This document shows positions 59,901 through 64,000 of a stretch of DNA of 64,000 bases, piece after piece. The notes under the pieces are model-generated. The model was not told the DNA's origin. It ran no database searches and saw only the letters and a list, made by a program, of their open reading frames with translations. A program made the position numbers and the translations under genes. Location: positions 5,396,001-5,460,000 of the forward strand of contig JASTWF010000033.1 of the NCBI GenBank assembly GCA_030390025.1, written 5' to 3'. The stretch's first letter is position 1, and the number at the start of each line of letters is the position of its first letter. The DNA is from Squalus acanthias. Lineage: Eukaryota.

Positions 59901-62900
59901 AGTGTTTGACGGGATAGTGTAAAGGGAGCTTTACTCTGTATCTAACCTGTGCTGTACCTGCCCTTGGAGTGTTTGATGGGACAGTGTAGAGGGAGTTTTA
60001 CTATGTATCTAACCCGTGCTGTAGCTGCCCTGGGAGTGTTTAATGGGACAGTGTAGAGGGAGCTTTACTCTCAATCTAACCCATGCTGTAACTGTCCAAG
60101 GAGTTTTTGATGGGACAGTGTAGAGCGAGCTTTACTCTGTATCTAACCCGTGCTGTACCTACCCTGGGAGTGTTTGATGGGACCGTGTAGAGGGAGCTTT
60201 ACTCTGTATCTAACCCCGTGCTGTCCCTGCCCTGGGAATGTTTGATGGGACTGTGTTGAGGGAGCTTTACTCTGTATCTAACCCGTGCTGTAGCTGCCCT
60301 GGGAGTGTTTGATGGGACAGTGTAGAGGGAGCTTTACTCTGTATCTAACCCGTGCTGTACCTGCCCTGGGAGTGTTTGATGGGACAGTGTAGAGGGAGCT
60401 TTACTCTGTATCTAACCCGTGCTGTACCTGCCCTGGGAGTGTTTGATGGGACAGTGTAGAGGGAGCTTTACTCTGTATCTAACCCGTGCTGTACCTGCCC
60501 TGGGAGATTTTGATGGGACTGTGTAGAAGGAGCTTTACTCTGTATCTAACCCGTGCTGGACCTACCCAGGGAGTGTTTGATGGGAAAATGTAGAAGGAGC
60601 TTTACTCTGTATCTAACCCGTGATGCACCTGCCCTGGGAGAGTTTGATGGGACAGTGTCGAGCGAGCTTTACTCTGTATCTAACCCGTGCTGCACCTGCC
60701 CTGGGAGAGTTTGATGGGACAGTGTCGAGCGAGCTTTACTCTGTATCTAACCCGTGCTGCACCTGCCCTGGGAGAGTTTGATGGGACAGTATGGAGCGAG
60801 TTTTACTATGTATCTAACCCGTGCTGTACCTGCCCCAGGAGTGTTTGATGGGTCAGTGCAGAGGGAGCTTTACTCTGTATTTAACCCGTGCTGTACCTGC
60901 CCTGGGAGTGTTTGATGGGACAGTGTAGTGGGAGCTTTACTCTGTATTTAACCCGTGCTGTACCTGCCCTGGAGTGTTTGATGGGACAGTGTAGAGGGAG
61001 CTTTACTCTGTATTTAACCCGTGCTGTACCTGCTCTGTGAGTGTTTGACGGGATAGTGTAAAGGGAGCTTTACTCTGTATCTAACCTGTGCTGTACCTGC
61101 CCTGGGAGTGTTTGATGGGACAGTGCAGAGGGAGCTTCACTCTGCATCTAACCCGTGCTGCACCTGTCCTGGGAGTCTTTGATGGGACAGTGTAGAGGGG
61201 GCTTTACTCTCTGTCTCACCCGTGCTGTTCCTGCCCTTGGAGTGTTTGATGGGACAGTGTAGAGGGAGCTTTACTCTGTATCTAATCCGTGCTGTACCTG
61301 CCCAGGGAGTGTTTGATGGGAAAATGTAGAAGGAGCTTTACTTTGTATCTAACCAGTGATGCACCTGCCCTGGGAGAGTTTGATGGGACAGTGTAGAGGG
61401 AGCTTAACTCTGTAGCGAACCCGTGCTGTACCTGCCCTAGGAATGTTTGTTGGGACAGTCTAGAGGGAGCTTTACTCTGTATCTAACCCCGTGCTGTACC
61501 TGCCCTGGGAATGTTTGATGGGACAATGTAGAGGGAGCTTTACTCTGCATCTAACCCGTGCTGTACCTGCCCTGGGAGTTTTTGATGGGACAGTGCAGAG
61601 GGAGCTTTACTATGTATTTAACCCGTGCTGTGCCTGCCCTGGGAGTGTTTGATGGGACAGTGTTGAGGGAGCTTTACTCTGTATCTAACCCGTGCTGCAC
61701 CTACTCTCGGAGTGTTTGATGGGACAGTGTAGAGGGAGCTTCACTCTGTCTGTAACCTGTGCCGTACCTGCCCTGGGAGTGTTTGATGGGACAGTGTAGA
61801 GGGAGTTTTACTCTGTATCTAACCCGTGCTGTCCTTGCCCTGGGAGATTTTGATGGGACAGTGTGGAGGGAGCTTTACTCTGTATCTAACCTGTGCTGCA
61901 CCTGCCCTGGGAGTGTTTGATGGGACAGTGTAGAGGAAGCTTTACGCTGTATCTAACCTGTGCTGTACCTGCCCTGGGAGTGATTGATGGGACAGTGTCG
62001 AGGGAGCTTTACTCTGTATCTGACCCGTGCTGTACCTGCCCTGTGAGTGTTTGATGGGACAGTGTAGTGTGAGCTTTACTCTGTATCTAATCCGTGCTGT
62101 ACCAGCCCTGGGAGTGTTTCATGGGAGAGTGTGGAGGGAGCTTTACTCTGTATCTGACCCGTGCTGTAGCTGCCCTGGGAGTGTTTGTTGGGACACAATA
62201 GAGCGAGCTTTACTCCGTATCTAACCCGTGCTGTGCCTGCCCTGGGAGTGTTTGATGGGACAGTGTAGAGGGAGCTTTACTCTGTAACTAACCCATGCTG
62301 AACCTGTCCTGGGAGTGTTTGATGGGCCAGTGTACAGGGAGCTTTACTCTGTATCTAATCCGTGCTGTACCTGCCCTGGGAATGTTTGACAGGACAGTGC
62401 AGAGGGTGCTTTACTCTGTATCGAACCCGTGCTGGACCTGCCCCGTGAGTGTTTGCTGGGACAGTGTACAGGGAGCTTTACTCTGTATCTAACCCGTGCT
62501 GTACCTGCCCTGGGAGTGTTTGATGGGACAGTGTCGAGGGAGCTTTACTCTGTATCTAACCCGTGCTGTACCTGCCCTGGGAGTGTTTGATGGGACAATG
62601 TAGAGGGAGCTTTACTCTGTATCTAACCCGTGCTGTACCTGCCCTAGGAGTGTTTGATGGGACAGTATAGAGGGAGCTTTACTCTGTATCTAACCCGTGC
62701 TGTACCTTCCCTGGGAGTGTTTGATGGGACAATTTCGATGGAGCTTTACTCTGTATCTAACCCGTGCTGTACCTGCCCTGGGAGTGTTTGATGGGACAGT
62801 GTCGATGGAGTTTTACTCTGTATCTAACCCGTGCTGTACCTGCCCTGGGAGTGTTTGATGGGACAGTGTAGAGGGAGCTTTACTCTGTATCTAACCCGTG

Positions 62901-64000
62901 CTGTACCTGCCCTGGGAGTGTTTGATGGGACAGTGTAGAGGGAGCTTTACTCTGTATCTAAACCATGCTGTACCTGCCCTGGGAGTGTTGGATGGGCCAG
63001 TGTACAGGGAGTTTTACTCTGTATCTAACCCGTGCTGTACCTGCCCTATGAGAGTTTGATGGACAGTGTGGAGCGAGTTATTCTATGTTTCTAACCCGTG
63101 CTGTACCTGCCCTGGGAGTGTTTGATGGGACAGTGTAAAGGGAGCTTTAATCTGTATCTAACCGATGCTGTACCTGTCCTGGGAGTGTTGGATGGGCCAG
63201 TGTACAGGGAGTTTTACTCTGTATCTAACCCGTGCTGTACCTGCCCTGGGACTGTTTGATGGGACAGTGCAGAGGGAGCTTTACTCTGTATCTAACCCGT
63301 GCTGTACCTGCCCTGGGAGTGTTTGATGGGACTGTGCAGAGGGAGCTTTACTCTGTATCTAACCCGTGCTGTACCTGCCCTAGGAGTGTTTGATGGGACA
63401 GTATAGAGCGAGCTTTACTCTGTATCTAACCCGTGCTGTACCTGCCCTGGGAATGTTTGATGGGATCGTGTCGATGGAGTTTTACTCTGTATCTAACCTG
63501 TGCTGTACCTGCCCTGGGAGTGTTTGATGGGACAGTATCGAGCGAGCTATACTCTGTATCTAACCCGTGCTGTACCTGCCCTGGGAATGTTTGGCAGGAC
63601 AGTGCAGAGGGTGCTTTACTCTGTATCTAACCCGTGCTGTACCTGCCCTGGGAGTGTTTGATGGGATCGTGTCGATGGAGCTTTACTCTGTATCTAACTC
63701 GTGCTGGACCTGCCCTGGGAGTGTTTGATGGGACAGTATAGACCGAGCTTTACTCCGTATCTAACTCGTGCTGTACCTGCCTTGGGAGTGTTTGATGGGA
63801 CAGTGTAGAGGGAGCTTTACTTTGTATCTCACCCGTGCTGTACCTGCCCTGTGAATGTTTGTTGGGACAGTATAGAGCGAGCTTTACTCCGTATCTAACC
63901 CGTGCTGTACCTGCCCTGGGACTGTTTGATGGGATCGTGTAAAGGGAGCTTTCCTCTGTATCTAACCCGTGCTGTACCTGCCCTGGGAGTGTTTGATGGG
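53994..64000. repeat. 67-bp satellite array (about 150 units, runs off the window)
   Basis: Unit ctgtatctaacccgtgctgtacctgccctgggagtgtttgatgggacagtgtagagggagctttact; period measured from 55141 to 55208. Confidence 0.99.

Noticed and set aside
53994..64000. CRISPR-like regular array and short repeated ORFs
   Set aside because: Head-to-tail 67-bp monomers without unique spacers, no cas genes, eukaryotic context.

Overview
Eukaryotic, repeat-dominated DNA with no supportable host protein-coding gene. The repeat families (CR1 LINEs with ctatgatt tails, a Deu-domain SINE, Penelope pLTRs) suggest a cartilaginous fish, probably a shark; this is an inference. (1) 1-24969 is a large inverted duplication centred on a CT/CA minisatellite and a 500-N gap. 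Each arm carries a young Penelope-like retroelement with an open 589-aa RT + GIY-YIG ORF, a 15-bp TSD and a minimal hammerhead ribozyme in its 3' pseudo-LTR. The ORF start codon and first 18 codons are copied from a SINE about 1.4 kb away. (2) 25-53.5 kb is a field of decayed and nested CR1/L2 LINEs with further hammerhead-bearing Penelope pLTR pieces from two families. (3) About 20 degenerate tRNA genes or fragments (Asp, Ile, Phe, Leu, Val, Pro, Gln, Glu) are scattered across 0.8-53.4 kb; one tRNA-Pro(CGG) has a 16-nt insert at the canonical intron position. (4) After a second 500-N gap, a 67-bp satellite runs from 53994 to the window end. All alignments and counts were done by eye.
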